From contig JBHGNT010000006.1 in assembly GCA_043228905.1 (NCBI GenBank), positions 4,216,001 to 4,280,000 of the forward strand: 64,000 nt of DNA, in the 5' to 3' direction. The DNA is from Azolla caroliniana (Eukaryota > Plantae > Polypodiophyta). The position numbers and the translations under genes are program-made. Shown one piece after another: positions 35,502 to 48,345 of this stretch (its first letter is position 1; each line of letters starts with the position of its first letter). The notes beneath the pieces are model-generated. The model was not told the DNA's origin and did no database searches. It saw only the letters and a program-made list of their open reading frames with translations.

Positions 35502-38500
35502 TTGCCATATCACGACACTATCTCCCCCTTAAAGACGACGAGTGGAACGAGTCGGCGCTAATGCGGACCGGGTTTGTCCGGATACTTTCGGTGGAAATCA
35601 GCAAGAAGATCTTGTGCATTGGCAACATTCTCGACGGGTTCCCAAGTACGTTCGCTCGGACTATAACCGAGCCAATCGACCCAGTAAGAAAGTTTGTTGC
35701 GAACAAGTTTGGAATCGAGGATGGCAGTAACTTCATACTCCGGGGCGGCGGTGGTGTCACACGATCGGGAATGGTGTTTGCTTTATAAGGTTCAAGAAGA
35801 GAACAATGGAAAACCGGATGTATCTGAAGCTACGGAGGGAGATCAAGGCGGAAGGTGACATCATTAATCTTCCCCGTAATACGGAAAGGACCGAGTCGTC
35901 GATAATCCAACTTGTCGCACGGTCGAGTAGTCTTGATGTGACGACGTAAGAGCCATACTCGATCTCCGATGGCAAAAGAGGAGGGAATCCGATGACGATC
36001 CGCATAAGTCTTTTGTGTGTGTTGAGCATGACGAAGGTGAGTAAAGAGATCCATCTGGATCTTGCGTAACCTCTCCAAATGGTCCTCGGCACGAGGGTTG
36101 GTAGGTAGCTCCGGAGTGTCGATCACCGACCAGCGAGGATGGAAACCGGTATAAGCGAAAAATGGGGAGACCCGAGTCGAGGTGTGAATAGCATTATTAT
36201 ACGCAAACTCCGCAAAGTGGAGAATCTCGGCCCAATCGTCCTGTTGATAACTCAGGAAACACCGGAGATATTGCTCCAACGTTTGGTTTGTTCATTCCGC
36301 CTATCCGTCGGTCTGAGAATGGTAGTCGGAGGAGAGGTTGCAGGAGACCTTGAGCATCCTGAAGAGATGCTGCCAAAATTTGGAGACAAATTGCGGGCCT
36401 CGGTCACTGATAATACTGTCTGGGAGGCCATGATGCCGAAATACCTCACGCATAACAAGAGCGGCGGTTTCCTCGCTAGTGATGGCTTTAGTACATGGCA
36501 CAAAATGTGCCATCTTCGTATATCGATCGACGACGGTTAGGATAGCATCGAACCCCTTCGAGACCGGCAGATCTGTGATAAAATCAAGACAAATAGACTG
36601 TCATGGCTTACTTGGAATTGGTAAAGGTTCCAACGAGCCATATGGATGGTGTCGTGGCATCTTTGCTCGGCAGCAAGCATCACAGGTCCGAACGTAGTCG
36701 TCGACAAAACGGCGCATGTGGGGCCACCAAAAAGATCGTTGCACTAGCTCCAACGTCTTGGTACTACCGAAATGTCCCGCCATATGGGTGTCGTGACAAT
36801 GTTGGACGATTTGAAGGCGACAGGAGCAATCGGGGACATATACGCGCTTTTTAAAGAATAACAGACCATCATGATATTCGAATTGTCGGTAGTCAATACC
36901 TGATTGTTGAGACTGAGAACAGGATGCCCGAGAAGTATCAATGTGCGCCAGGATGTCTTCAGCAAAACTATCCGTCTTCAAGGTTGCACGTATGTCATCG
37001 GTAATCCGTGAATCCATCGGGGTGTGAAAAATCCACGTCGTGTGCAATCGTGTTGGTCCCAAGATTACTTGCTTTTGATTATCAAATGTTGCGTCACCAG
37101 GAAGAGGTGCAAGATATGAACGCCGTGATAGTGCATCTGCTTTTCCTTGCTGCTTCCCCGGTCGATATGTGATTTCGAAGTCGAAACGCGTGAGGAATTG
37201 CGCCCACCGAGCTTGCCGTCGATTTAGTACGCGAGCGTTCTGAAAATAAGCAAGATTTTTATGATCGCTAAAGACAATGACCTGATGTGGAGAGCCCTCT
37301 AAGAAATGCCGCCATTGTACAAATGAATCCACGATGGCTAATAACTCCTTGTCATGTATTTCGTAGTTGATTTCTGCGACATTGAATTTGCGCGAATGGA
37401 AAGCCACCGGATGCAACTCTTCTTTATCGCCTTGTTGAGAAAGGATGCTACCGAGGGCGAAATCTGATGCGTCGGTCTCCATGATGAATGGTTTGCTTGT
37501 ATCCACATGAGCTAGAATCGGTGCTGATGTAAAGGCTTTCTTAAGATGCCGAAAAGCCATATCTGCTTCGATGGACCAAAGAAATGCTTGGCCCTTCTTC
37601 GTAAGTTGTGTGAGAGGTAAAATAATCTTCGAGTAATCCTGTATAAACTTACGGTAGAAGTTAGCAAAACCTAGAAAACATTGTACATCTCGTACCGACC
37701 GTGGAATTTGCCACTCTAGTACAGTTTGAATTTTAGCTGGATCCATGGCGATGCCCTTTGAGGAGATGACGTAGCCTAGAAATTCCACTTGCTTGCAGTC
37801 AAAGCTACATTTTTCTAGCTTGGCATAAAGACCATTCTCGTGGAGTCGCTTTAGTACTAATAGTACATGAGAATCGTGCTCTTCCTGGGTCTTCGAATAA
37901 ATCAACAGATCATCAAGATAAATGATCAAACAGATATCCAAGAGGTCTCTGAATATATCATTTGCCATGTGTTGGAAGACTGCGGGTGCATTGGTTAGGC
38001 CAAACGGCATAACAGTATACTCGAAATGCCCATACCGCGTGCGAAAAGCGGTCTTCCACTCATCTTCCGGTCGAATCCGCACGAGATTATACGCTCCTCG
38101 TAGGTCGATTTTAGTAAAAAACTTGGCACCATTAACTCGCTCTAAAAGACTTGATATAAGAGGAAGTGCATACCTATTCCGGATGGTGACTTTATTCAAT
38201 CCACGGTAATCAACGACAAGACGAAGTGAGCCATCTTTCTTCTTGACAAAGAAAATGGGTGCACCGGCCGGAGATTTCGAATGACGGATGAACCCGCTTG
38301 CCAAGTTCTCCTCTATGTAGGCTCGAAGGACTTCTAACTCAGTGGGTGACAAGTTGTAAATCGGTCCCCATGGTGGCTCGGTTCCTGGTTGTAAATCGAT
38401 GGGACAGTCATAGGGACGGTGATGAGGAAGGGTACCAGCTTTTACCTTGTCAAATACATCGGCATAAGGATGATATTTTGCCGGAAGTTGTACTGAGGAG

Positions 38501-39032
38501 TCCTTCTTAATAGTGCTGGAAGGATGTACTGATATGGCAAATAGGAACATTGCCTCCTTGGGTCCTTCTTCGCGTAGTTGATGGAGTGAAATGGTCGAAA
38601 CTCGGTGAGTTGATTCTTGGGGTGGTCGATATCGGACTTCTCTTGTTCTCCAATCTATGGCTGGATTATGTAATTCAAGCCAAGGTAATCCTAGGACAAT
38701 GGGATGCTCTGGACTACTAATTATATTAAATGATATTATACACACAAAACTACCTAGGACAACTTGAATGGGTTCTGATTCTTCTACAATATTCCCGGAA
38801 GCAATGGGACGACCATCAATGACCACTACAGATGTGGGACAAGGAAGTTTTCTTAAGGATATCTGAGAAGCTTGGGCAAAATTTCGATCCATGAAACAAG
38901 AATTAGCTCCGGAATCTAAAAGTGCTAGGACGGGTACTGGGGGAGTACTTTTAGTACTAACAATGACTTGGGCTAGGAACACATTGCTAACTTGCTTGGA
39001 AGGAATGGAACCACTAATGGGCTGTACAGATC

Positions 39033-39087
39033 TAGGGCTGCTGTCCAACCAAAAGGCTCCTATTTTGGCTGGACTCAATCGTTTAAC
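39033..39087 (-). promoter_or_regulatory. Putative gag-pol -1 frameshift signal of the chromovirus
   Basis: G_TTA_AAC, 6-nt spacer, 12-bp stem GTCCAGCCAAAA/TTTTGGTTGGAC, and loop TAGGAGCC able to pair with downstream GCCCTA. Pol is in the -1 frame. Confidence 0.75.
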
Positions 39088-40269
39088 TCTTCATCTAATT
39101 GACTAAGGATTTCAAATTTATTTGAGATACTTGGGCTATTAGTACTATGAATACTATCTGACACTCTATTAGTACTATTAATACTATCAGACACTCCGAA
39201 GGGAAGAATTGACTCGGGTTTAGTACAGGCGACGATTTGATTTACCTGTCTTCTTGGCCTATGGGGACAATTGATGGCGATATGTCCTGGTCCACTGCAA
39301 TAAAGACATAATCGATTGGCACGTCGTCGTTGCTTTTCTTCTTCCGATAATGGGCCGCGTCGACGCATGGTGTCGAAGTATTTGCTTGAGGTATGTCTCG
39401 TGCAAACGGTTTAGCCACGACTGCGGCGTAAGTGGGCTCTGGCCTAGAGCGTGGTATCTGTAATTGACGTTCTGAACGCCGTTCAAAAAGGCGGTTGTCA
39501 CATCGAAATACTCGACTGATTGCCTCCGTAAGAGACTTTGGTTCTTCGGGGAAAGTTAGAAGTAGATCTTTGACATCGTTTCGCAAGCCATAGCGAAACT
39601 GCTCCATTAGTGCTTGATCATCCCAGGGTATATCTGAAGCAAGTAGGCGGAAATCCGCCGCGTAGGCAGAGGCTGGACGATCGCCTTGACGCAATCGCCG
39701 GATCTTGTTGATCGTCGTCCTGATGCTGTCGGTGTCTCCAAAGCAGGCTTTAAACTCACCAATAAAATCTTCAAAGTTATTAAGCAAGGGCGATTGTTTT
39801 TCTAGAAGCGGAGCGAACCATGCCAAGGCTGAGCCGCTAAGTAGCGTGCCTATTAGGCCGACTCGAGATGCATCAGTGGGATATCGGGAAGGATGCATCT
39901 GGATGACTAAGCGTACCTGATTAAGGAATCCTCGGAATTGCGAACGCGTTCCATCAAATTTCACAGGAAGTCCAATCTTGGGCTCTTTATGAAATCCTTG
40001 GGGACTGGATCCTTGTTGTTGCAACGCTGCTTCGGGTTGTTGTACCCGTAACGCTAACTCCCCTTGTTGTTGTTGCGTTTGTTGTTTTTCTAGAGCGATT
40101 TGTTGCAGATCCCCTATCAGCCGTTGGTTTTCTTGTTCCAGGGCAACAAACTTTTCTTTTAGGCACTGTAGCTCGGAGAAAACGGATTGGTATTCTTGGG
40201 CGCTAACAGTAGCCATAGTATAGGGAAAAGGGTAGGAGGATGAGGGAGAGTGACAAGTAGGCTAGAGGA

Positions 40270-40284
40270 CAAATTGGTTCAAAC
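40270..40284 (-). other. Self-priming-type PBS of the chromovirus
   Basis: GTTTGAACCAATTTG lacks the TGG start of a tRNA PBS. 13 nt are complementary to LTR sequence at 40503-40515, which begins 32 nt after the start of TATAAAA. Confidence 0.75.
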
Positions 40285-40661
40285 TGTCAGGAATAGTACT
40301 AAAACAGAGATGGAATTAGTACTAAAGAACAGCAGTACTATTAGTACTAAGAGGACGGGACTGCGTAAGATTCCCGAGAGAGGAAGTGAGAAGAGGAGAG
40401 AGAGAGAGATAGCGAGAATGAGAGAGAGAGAGAGATGATGACAGCAACTAATATATTATGTGAAAAGATAAGTACAAGCGGCTAAGAGGCTTAAGACTGG
40501 CGTTGAACCAATTTGGTTCAAAACAATGCCTTGTGCCTCCTTTTATAGTGTTTTTAGGAATAATCCTGAAGCTTCTAGAATGTTCCAGAGAGATCTGGAA
40601 TATACATCAATTTTCTATGATAAAGTATAAATGAAAATAATATCCTACAAAATACAATTCA

Positions 40662-40714
40662 TAGTCTAATGGTAAGAGCTCGACCCATGTAGCATAAAGT
40701 CATGGGTTCGAGTC
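40662..40714 (+). promoter_or_regulatory. tRNA-like Pol III A box/B box in the chromovirus 5' LTR
   Basis: Same motif as 35449-35501, here pointing outward from the element. Confidence 0.65.
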
Positions 40715-43439
40715 TTGCCATATCATGACAGTTATGGCATCACTCGCTCTCACTCCTTCCGTTCACGCTCTTCACTAATTTCTTTTTCTCTATGTTGTTC
40801 ACCTCTATTCTATTTGCCCTAGGTGTATTTATACTAATACACAGAATAGGCTATTTACAAATGTCGCCACTTCTACTGTCAATCCTATTATTATCTAATA
40901 TTAAGAGTAGTCTTACTAATCAGCCGACTCATCCGTCGACTGTCGGGTTGGTCCGACTAGTTGGCCTGGTCATTGACCATCCGGTCGGCCCGACTAGTTG
41001 GTCGTGTCTTTGACCTCGATCAACTCTCGATGTCAACTCTCTCAGAGTCCACTCCTCGACTATCAGCTCTCATCCGACCAATCGACTGCTCCCTTGTCTT
41101 CGACTGTCGGTTTTTTCGAACAGTCGGCTCCTCCCACCGAAGAGACATATTCCTAACACATTTAACCATTATCCCTACCTCTCTACTGGATTCTTCGGGC
41201 GCATTGATTTCTTGAGTTGTTGGATGACCATTTCCAATGCTTTTTTCACTCCTAGAGTTTGCATTGCTTATGCCTCCAAGCTCTCGCTCGAGTGATGTTG
41301 ACAATTGTTCGGTTCTTCCACTTCGCCACTCCATTTTATTGTGGCATATACCTATAGGTGTGCTACCATCAAATTCCTTGCTTGTTTAGGAAGTTTGAGA
41401 ATTCATTAGAGACAACGTATTTGCTTGCTTACTTGCTTCGCAACTAGACACTTGAAGTGTTTGAATACTTCACTCTTCAACTTCATAAAATAAATCCATG
41501 CCCACTTTGAGAAGTCATTCGTGAAGGTGACATAGTATTTCAGTCCACTAATGGATGGACTATTGAGTGGTACGTAGACTTATGAGTGCATTAGTTCAAG
41601 TGCACTCTCACTTTGGCTTCCTTCTTTTGAGAAGGGGTGTCTATCTTGCTTGCCTAGTTGATAAGCTTCACATATACGCTCAAGCTAAGACTCTTGAAGC
41701 TCGATAGTTTGTTCACTGCATTCTCTTACAACGTTATGCTCAACGTTGCCATGTTGATATAGCCTATCCGTTTGTGCCACAAGTCTATGTTTGTTGGCAA
41801 ATCATTTCATGCGAACATTGCACTCAACATCCTCTATGCATCAACATCTAGAATGAACATTCGTCCTTGTCTTCTTCCTCTTGCCATCAACTTTCCTTTT
41901 CATTCGATAAAGCATCAACTTTAATTGAACTTCACCTTCATGCCATGTTCTACCATTTGGCCGACAAGACCAAATTCTTGGCAATATTCAACACATGAAG
42001 TATGTTCTCCATGTACTTCACTTCCCCTTCCTTGACGAATATTGGGATCCGCCCATTTTTATAGTTGGGTCTTTCAATGTTTTCTAGCCACTCAAACCAC
42101 TCCTTGTGGCTTGTCCCATGGTTTGATGGACCCGGATCAATGTACCATGTTTGACTTCCTTTAACCCAGTTATCGTTGTTAGTGTTAAGTGCATGTTGCA
42201 ATGTTAGTGCATTGTCATGTTCTCTACTCCACACTTCGCCACTATTCTAATCATGGCGTTCGATGGAGCATGCATCATAGTTTGTATGTTGGTTGTTCCC
42301 GTTCCATTCATGGGTTTGTTTAGTGATTATTGGCTCTTCCGCCACTTTGTTTTCCTTTACCTCTCTAGTGGCCTTTAGTGAGATGAATTGCTGTTATAGA
42401 ATCATTCCATCCCCCATGGGAGCAATTAGTGCCACTGCATTGGCTTCTCCTATCATTGTGGTTTTGCCCAAGGGCCTCCTCATCTTGAGCTTGAATAGAG
42501 CAGTTGTTCATTCAACTCAATAGTTTTCTTGGACGTCAGGACTCCATTAAGTTCCCTTCTTCAACGATAAGCATTGAGATAAGATTGTCAAATGTGGGAG
42601 CATTCTCCCTTGTCAATATTGACATCTTGAAACTCTTGTATAGTGGCCCTTGGCCACGCAAACATACCTATGCTCTATGCTCGATCCTTATCATCTACTG
42701 CTACATCAATGGATGCGAGTGATTTGCATATGCTCTTAATAACCAATCGTCATCCATCCCTTCTCAATTGTGTAAAACTCATTCTTGAGTTGTAGCCTCC
42801 TTGCCTTTGTGTTGATAGCAAAGACTTTGATGAGGTTTTCCCATGCTTCCTTTGGGGATTTCGTGCTTTGAATGTGTCCGACCATGGCATCTGATATGTT
42901 AATTGATAGCTAGTAGAGGACCTTCCTTGACCCCCCATTCCTTAGAGCGCTTTTTGTTGATCGGCCATTGGATGATTCTCATCCACCTCAGCCGAACTCT
43001 CCAGGTCCCCCTCTATGTACTCCCAATTACCCTTCCCCATTGGGAAGTTTGGCATCCAGTACTTCCATATTGAGAAGTTATGCTTGTCCAACTTCTTGGT
43101 GACCACTTGATTCACCCCCTCACCGCTCATCGTCGGTTGTCTTGGTGGCCTTCTCTTCTTTGCAGTGGCTACCTGTTGATGTCTACTTCACCACCTACTA
43201 ACCTAATGCTTCTTCCCTCCTTAGGCTTGCACTCAACACAACCTACTTGTTTTCTTCTTATTGATGTGGTGGTCCACTTCCATCTACACCATTTGTCGTG
43301 CAACCCTCTTCATGCTTGGCTCTTCTTGATCCATCTTGTCTTGTCCTTGATAGTGACCAAGATCACAAACCTTGCTCTGATGCCATGTTGAAATCTTTGT
43401 ACTAGGGTTAGGGTTAGCATGAGAATACACAGACACACA

Positions 43440-43486
<47 letters not shown>

Positions 43487-43799
43487 ACACATGCTAATAT
43501 ATTTAGCAATACTTTATGGCTTTACATAGCCGTGATTTCAAAAAAGTCACTAACCCTAGATACTTTTCACATGAGGGTCACCATCTAAGGTGTGTTCACA
43601 CACACACGTCTAGGCGTATATTTCTAACTCTAGGTCCATCGTAATTTGTTTTTTCTTCTTGTAAATCGGCAATGATATCCTATCTTCATTTGATATTTTC
43701 AAGAGCTTTCTTGCTAGATAAAATTAGAAACTCTTCTTTCAGCATACGCTACTACTTTTTCATACAATGACCTCTCTTCCATATCTTTCAGGAGCTCTC

Positions 43800-45725
43800 T
43801 TGTGAATAAAAAAATGCTCCTTTTGGCATGCACCCCTCCCTTTTCTTCTTAGCATGCATTGCCACTTTTCCCTAGATGGGTGCTTGGCCACTCAAGCAAG
43901 TCGTATTATGTCAATCACTCATATTTGTTGCAAGATCTTGAACTTCTGTAAAACTTGACCTTTTAAGGTGTTTTTCTCCTTTTGTACACATCATACCATG
44001 AAAATGCTAACACAAATAAAACCTTCATCTTGAAGCTTGAGCATCCGATTTTGTGCTTGGGAGTTTCCTGTTATCAATTAGAAACCTTGGGCAGTTACAT
44101 CCAATCTTTTTTTATTCACGAAAATTTCAAGTTGTAGAAATTGATTTTGAGATTCTTGGTTACTATGGGTTCTTTCAAGTATTAGCGCCACCACCTCTTG
44201 GGAGGATTTCCCCACCAAACTACAATGCTTACATGAACTTCACATATTTCCAAAATGTTTTGCAATAATGTTGATAACAAGCTTGTTAGGTGCCGATTTT
44301 ATGATCATGAATCACACTCCTTTTGGCATCTCATCCAAGAGAGCCTCATTTTGACCATCAAAGGCATATTAATTTGTAACAATATCCAAGAGACTCATCT
44401 TTGAAGTCTCCATAATAATATTGGTGCTCATGAATTCGCCCAAGATTTATTGGATCTATAACTCTTCATTGTGCTTCTTGTTCGACATCTAAGATTTTTC
44501 CTATAAAGATTCTAATGAGTTCATATTGCAAGAGGGTTACTTTTTCCAAACAACTTATTGTATGTTCCTATTGGCCCATCTTGACTCTAATTCGTACAAA
44601 ACTACTATGGCATACCAATGATTGAAAATTTTGAAGTCCATGACAAGACTTTATCATTAGTTTCTCACAAATATCAGTAGCCTCAACATCGTAACTTTGT
44701 TGAGGACTGCATTCATATTTGTGATGCTCATTGTCAATCACATAGTCATTGACATCAACCATATGGGTTGCTACAACCATTGCCAAATCTAGACAATCCA
44801 TGAAAGTCTATGTTTTTGGATTTCATTACCAATCTTGTTTTCCAAGGGTTTTGGTGTCATTCTCGCCATGGTAGATCAGTTCACTAAGATGACACATTTC
44901 CATCCAAGAATAAATAGCATCAATTGGCAAAAAACAATAGATTTGGTCATGCGAGAAGTATTTCAGTATCATGGTCTTTCATATGACATCATGAATTATC
45001 CTATTTCACTATTCATCTCACAATTTTAGAAGCACTTGCTTGAAGTTCTCCAAATTTTCTAGTAAACTCTCTTTGAGATACCATCCACTAGCTCATGGTC
45101 AAACTGAACATACCAATCAAACATGTTTTCAATGGTTCACCGTCACCTATAATGTGCAAAACTTCTATTGGCCTCATTTTGACCATCCCTTCTTTCAAGA
45201 GCAATATCTTCAATGTTTTATAATTAACTATTAGCATGATGATCGGGTAGATACTCTCAATTCTTCATAGAAACTAGATATCATCCATGTTAGACTGTGC
45301 TTGAACATCCAACGTATCAAAACATTCCACTATTTAGGATTGTCTACTTTGACTCGAAGAGATTCAATCCACCATGTTGCACTATTTGTATGATGTCAAA
45401 CCATACACAAGAAGGTTGCAAATTGTCATCACCTTGACGTGTCAAAACAACCAACATCTCAAGTTAGGGATTGTGTATGGTTGTTACAAAGTAATGTCAT
45501 GATTGACATGGCTTGCTAAATGTTCGATTGTCAACACTTTGGCTCATACACGATTATTATGATTCGAATTATTCCACCCATTGTTGTTGATCTTGTTGAT
45601 AGATTGGAGTACAAGGTTAGGTCACCATTCAAAACTCTACACGGTTCATCGGCTAGGTTGTACATCCAATGAAGGAAACTTGGAGCATTTTGAGAATCTC
45701 ACTAGTTCCACAAATCTGGTAGCTA
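43800..45725 (+). mobile_element. Heavily decayed chromovirus RNase H-integrase-chromodomain remnant
   Basis: LHPIFFYSRKF, VDQFTKMTHF..VMREVFQYHGL and YHPLAHGQTEHTNQ pieces. Confidence 0.8.
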
Positions 45726-47707
45726 AGTAAATCTTTTCATTATTTTCATAAATCAAAATATTTTTGTCCTTGTTTCTTTTCTTCTTACTCTCTTTTTCAA
45801 TTCAATATAGTTCTTGACAAATTCACTCACTTCAACTCAAAAATCCCTTATACATTGATAATCATTTCTATATTAAAACAATGATTTTCTAGGGAATCCC
45901 TATTCTAAAATGTAATAACATTTTTTAATGTTACAAGCTTCAAAATATGTTTTCTAGAATCTTTAATAATTCTCATAATAATGTCACAAGAACAAAATTT
46001 GTCTTGTGTACAAACTACAATTATGATTTACTACACTGTACTAATCTAACATTATCTCAAAGGCATGGGAAGGGGGATCAAGATATATAAATCCCCCAAT
46101 ATTGCATGCGTTTACGTATGAATAAAAAAATCCATTAATAAAAATATGCACCCTTTTCTTATACATTATGTGCTTACTCATCAAACAACATGACCCTTAT
46201 GAATGTATAGAGCACATAAAAAGGTTAAAAACATCTTATGTTGAACTCATGTCTATCGTTACTGACACATAAGGTTGTCCCTTCGACACTTTTGGTGGGT
46301 GTTAGATGCAAGACCTAGAGTACACAATTCAATAACTTGACTAATAAGCTAAGTGTTAATGATGAAATTGTTGTGACCAACTCATGTGATAGTCCACAAT
46401 GAATATGTGTAAAACATAAGCGTATATGTTTTTTTTATGCGCATCTTATGCATGCTATACATATTGTTCCATCCTCCGAATTTGTCATTGTAACATATAA
46501 TATATCATGAGCTTTTCAGTTTTGCTACCATGTTATTAATATGTAGCCTTGTTGGTCAGAGATAATGTCAACTTGCACCTTAATTAATTTGTGTTGAATT
46601 TTTCTTACATCATTAATATTTTAATTCTATTTTCTTTTTCAAAAGGAATTTATAGAATAATAATAGTGGTCCACAATATATGTATAGGTCATATTAACAA
46701 AAGTATATCCAAATCTTTAACCACAAAATATGCCATGTTTATATAGTTAATGGGAACAATTTTTAGATGTAATATTCACAAATGGTCAATTAAAACCCCA
46801 ATGAGAAGTCAAAGTCTAAATGATCTGGTAGTCAAATGGTTGGAGAGAAAGAATCCAATCACAGTCACGAGAATTACTCTTTTACTTTTAGGAGTTACTA
46901 AAGTTGACTGGTTCTTGAAGCATTTGCGTGCAATCTGCTGGCTTATGTAACTAATTTGTACCCTCATCGACAGCTGTCTAGCTATGAACAAATCGAGAAC
47001 AATATCATATTACTCTGCACAAATTGGACATCAACACATCGAAATGATGTGAATTAAGTTGGCGCGATTTTCATCTTTATGACGTCAAAATTGTTTTAGT
47101 ATGCGATGAATGCCAGCAAGATAAAATAAGGTCAAAGGTATTTTTATGAATTTGTTGGTAAGGGAAATTAGTTTGAAAGATAATAGAGCTTCTCACATGT
47201 TTTGTGGCTTGGACTTCTACCTACCTAAGGTCAAATATTGTATTACTTGTTAGAAAATTAGACTCTTCTTCATGTAAAGTTTGTTGCACGAATATGGCCT
47301 TTATTAGGCAACAAGAAAAACATTGGAAGTTCCGAGGTCAACCTCTTCCCTCTTTTTACTCTCTCTCAATTTCAAGAGGTCCTTAGGTACATTAGTTCAC
47401 CTTGCCCACCCACCTCTCCCGACTCATTCCCTTGAATTCTCTATAAGCCGTCGACAACTTATGTTTCCTATATTTTCTCTGAAATATAATCCATTGATAC
47501 AAGACTTTATTCATATTTTCTTCTCATAAGTCTTACTTCATTACCCCTTAGTGTTATATTTTATTATCTTGTTCTCCTTATTGATGCTACTGCAAGCAAC
47601 AATCTAAGCCAAATAGTTGTCATTGCTCAAAATCAACAACAATTATCCTTGATCAATATCTTCTAATTGAGATTGCGGGCGTACTCACGATCATCTCAAT
47701 CATTATA

Positions 47708-47971
47708 TCCAAATTAAGGCATAGATCTCTATCTTCATCACCCAAATTAAGATCTTAACTCTCTATCTTTATATTCAAATTTAGCATTTAATATCTATCC
47801 ATTTCAAATTAAGTTCTTAATTCTTATCTTTTAGTAGTTTCCAGTTATCTTTAACTTATACTCAAACTATAGGATCAATATACCATTGGATCTCTCTCCC
47901 TCCCTCCCACGTTAAAAGCTTTGATATCCATTGTTGTTTTTCTAACTCAAGGTATTAAACTCTTATCTTTT

Positions 47972-48029
<58 letters not shown>

Positions 48030-48200
48030 ATATATCTTTTTCTATTTGATTCCAAGTAAGGCCATAAATCTCTATATTTTAAATGTCTTTGATATCCTTT
48101 TGAGCTTTTCTCTATCTAATTAATGCCTTAATATTCATTCCATTCAAATTAAGGCCTTAACCTTTGTCCATTGGAATAAGGCCTTAGATTTCTATCTTCG
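47708..48200 (+). repeat. About eight degenerate ~28-bp motifs plus a (CT)n tract upstream of FAR
   Basis: CAAATTAAGGC..A..TCT(C)TATCTT-like copies at ~47710, 47742, 47775, 47805, 47945, 48052, 48144 and 48173. (CT)n at ~47976-48027. Confidence 0.65.
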
Positions 48201-48345
48201 TGTGGGTGTGAGTGTTTTCCTCATCACTTATCTAGGCAAGCCACCATTGATCTTTATATTTTGACTCAAAAGAAAGCCATCATTTTCCTTCTTACTAAAT
48301 CTTTAATCTTTTGATAAATCTCTCTCTCACTCTTTGGGTGGGGTC

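Larger units (their letters stand above)
35076..40730 (-). mobile_element. Young full-length chromovirus (Tcn1/Tf1-sushi-like Ty3/Gypsy) with chromodomain
   Basis: LTRs 40285-40730 and 35076-35517 (2 substitutions plus AG-repeat indels). TSD GTTAT. Gag with CLYC..GH..C, protease LDSGA, RT YLDD, RNase H TDASD, integrase SDRG/LGPF, chromodomain EYEVTAILDS..VDWLGY..TWEP at ~35560-35742. Three stops and two frameshifting deletions. Confidence 0.97.
34834..41158 (-). mobile_element. Solo LTR (34834-35075 plus 40731-41158) inserted in the old Copia and split by the chromovirus
   Basis: Minus-strand termini TGTTAGGA...TCTCTACA. TSD CATGT/CATTT (1 mismatch). Carries the same GGTTTTT..TT(C/T)CACGT motif as the 913-1475 solo LTR. 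Confidence 0.8.
33302..43629 (-). mobile_element. Old decayed Ty1/Copia element
   Basis: LTRs 43386-43629 and 33302-33527. TSD CTAGG. PBS TGGCATCAGAGC at 43374-43385. Gag, protease (WYIDPG), integrase and RT (TWDLVPLP, YVDD) remnants. Confidence 0.92.

Noticed and set aside
35440-35517. Functional tRNA gene
   Set aside because: No convincing acceptor or anticodon stems. Only the A and B boxes are tRNA-like, and the segment is part of an LTR.
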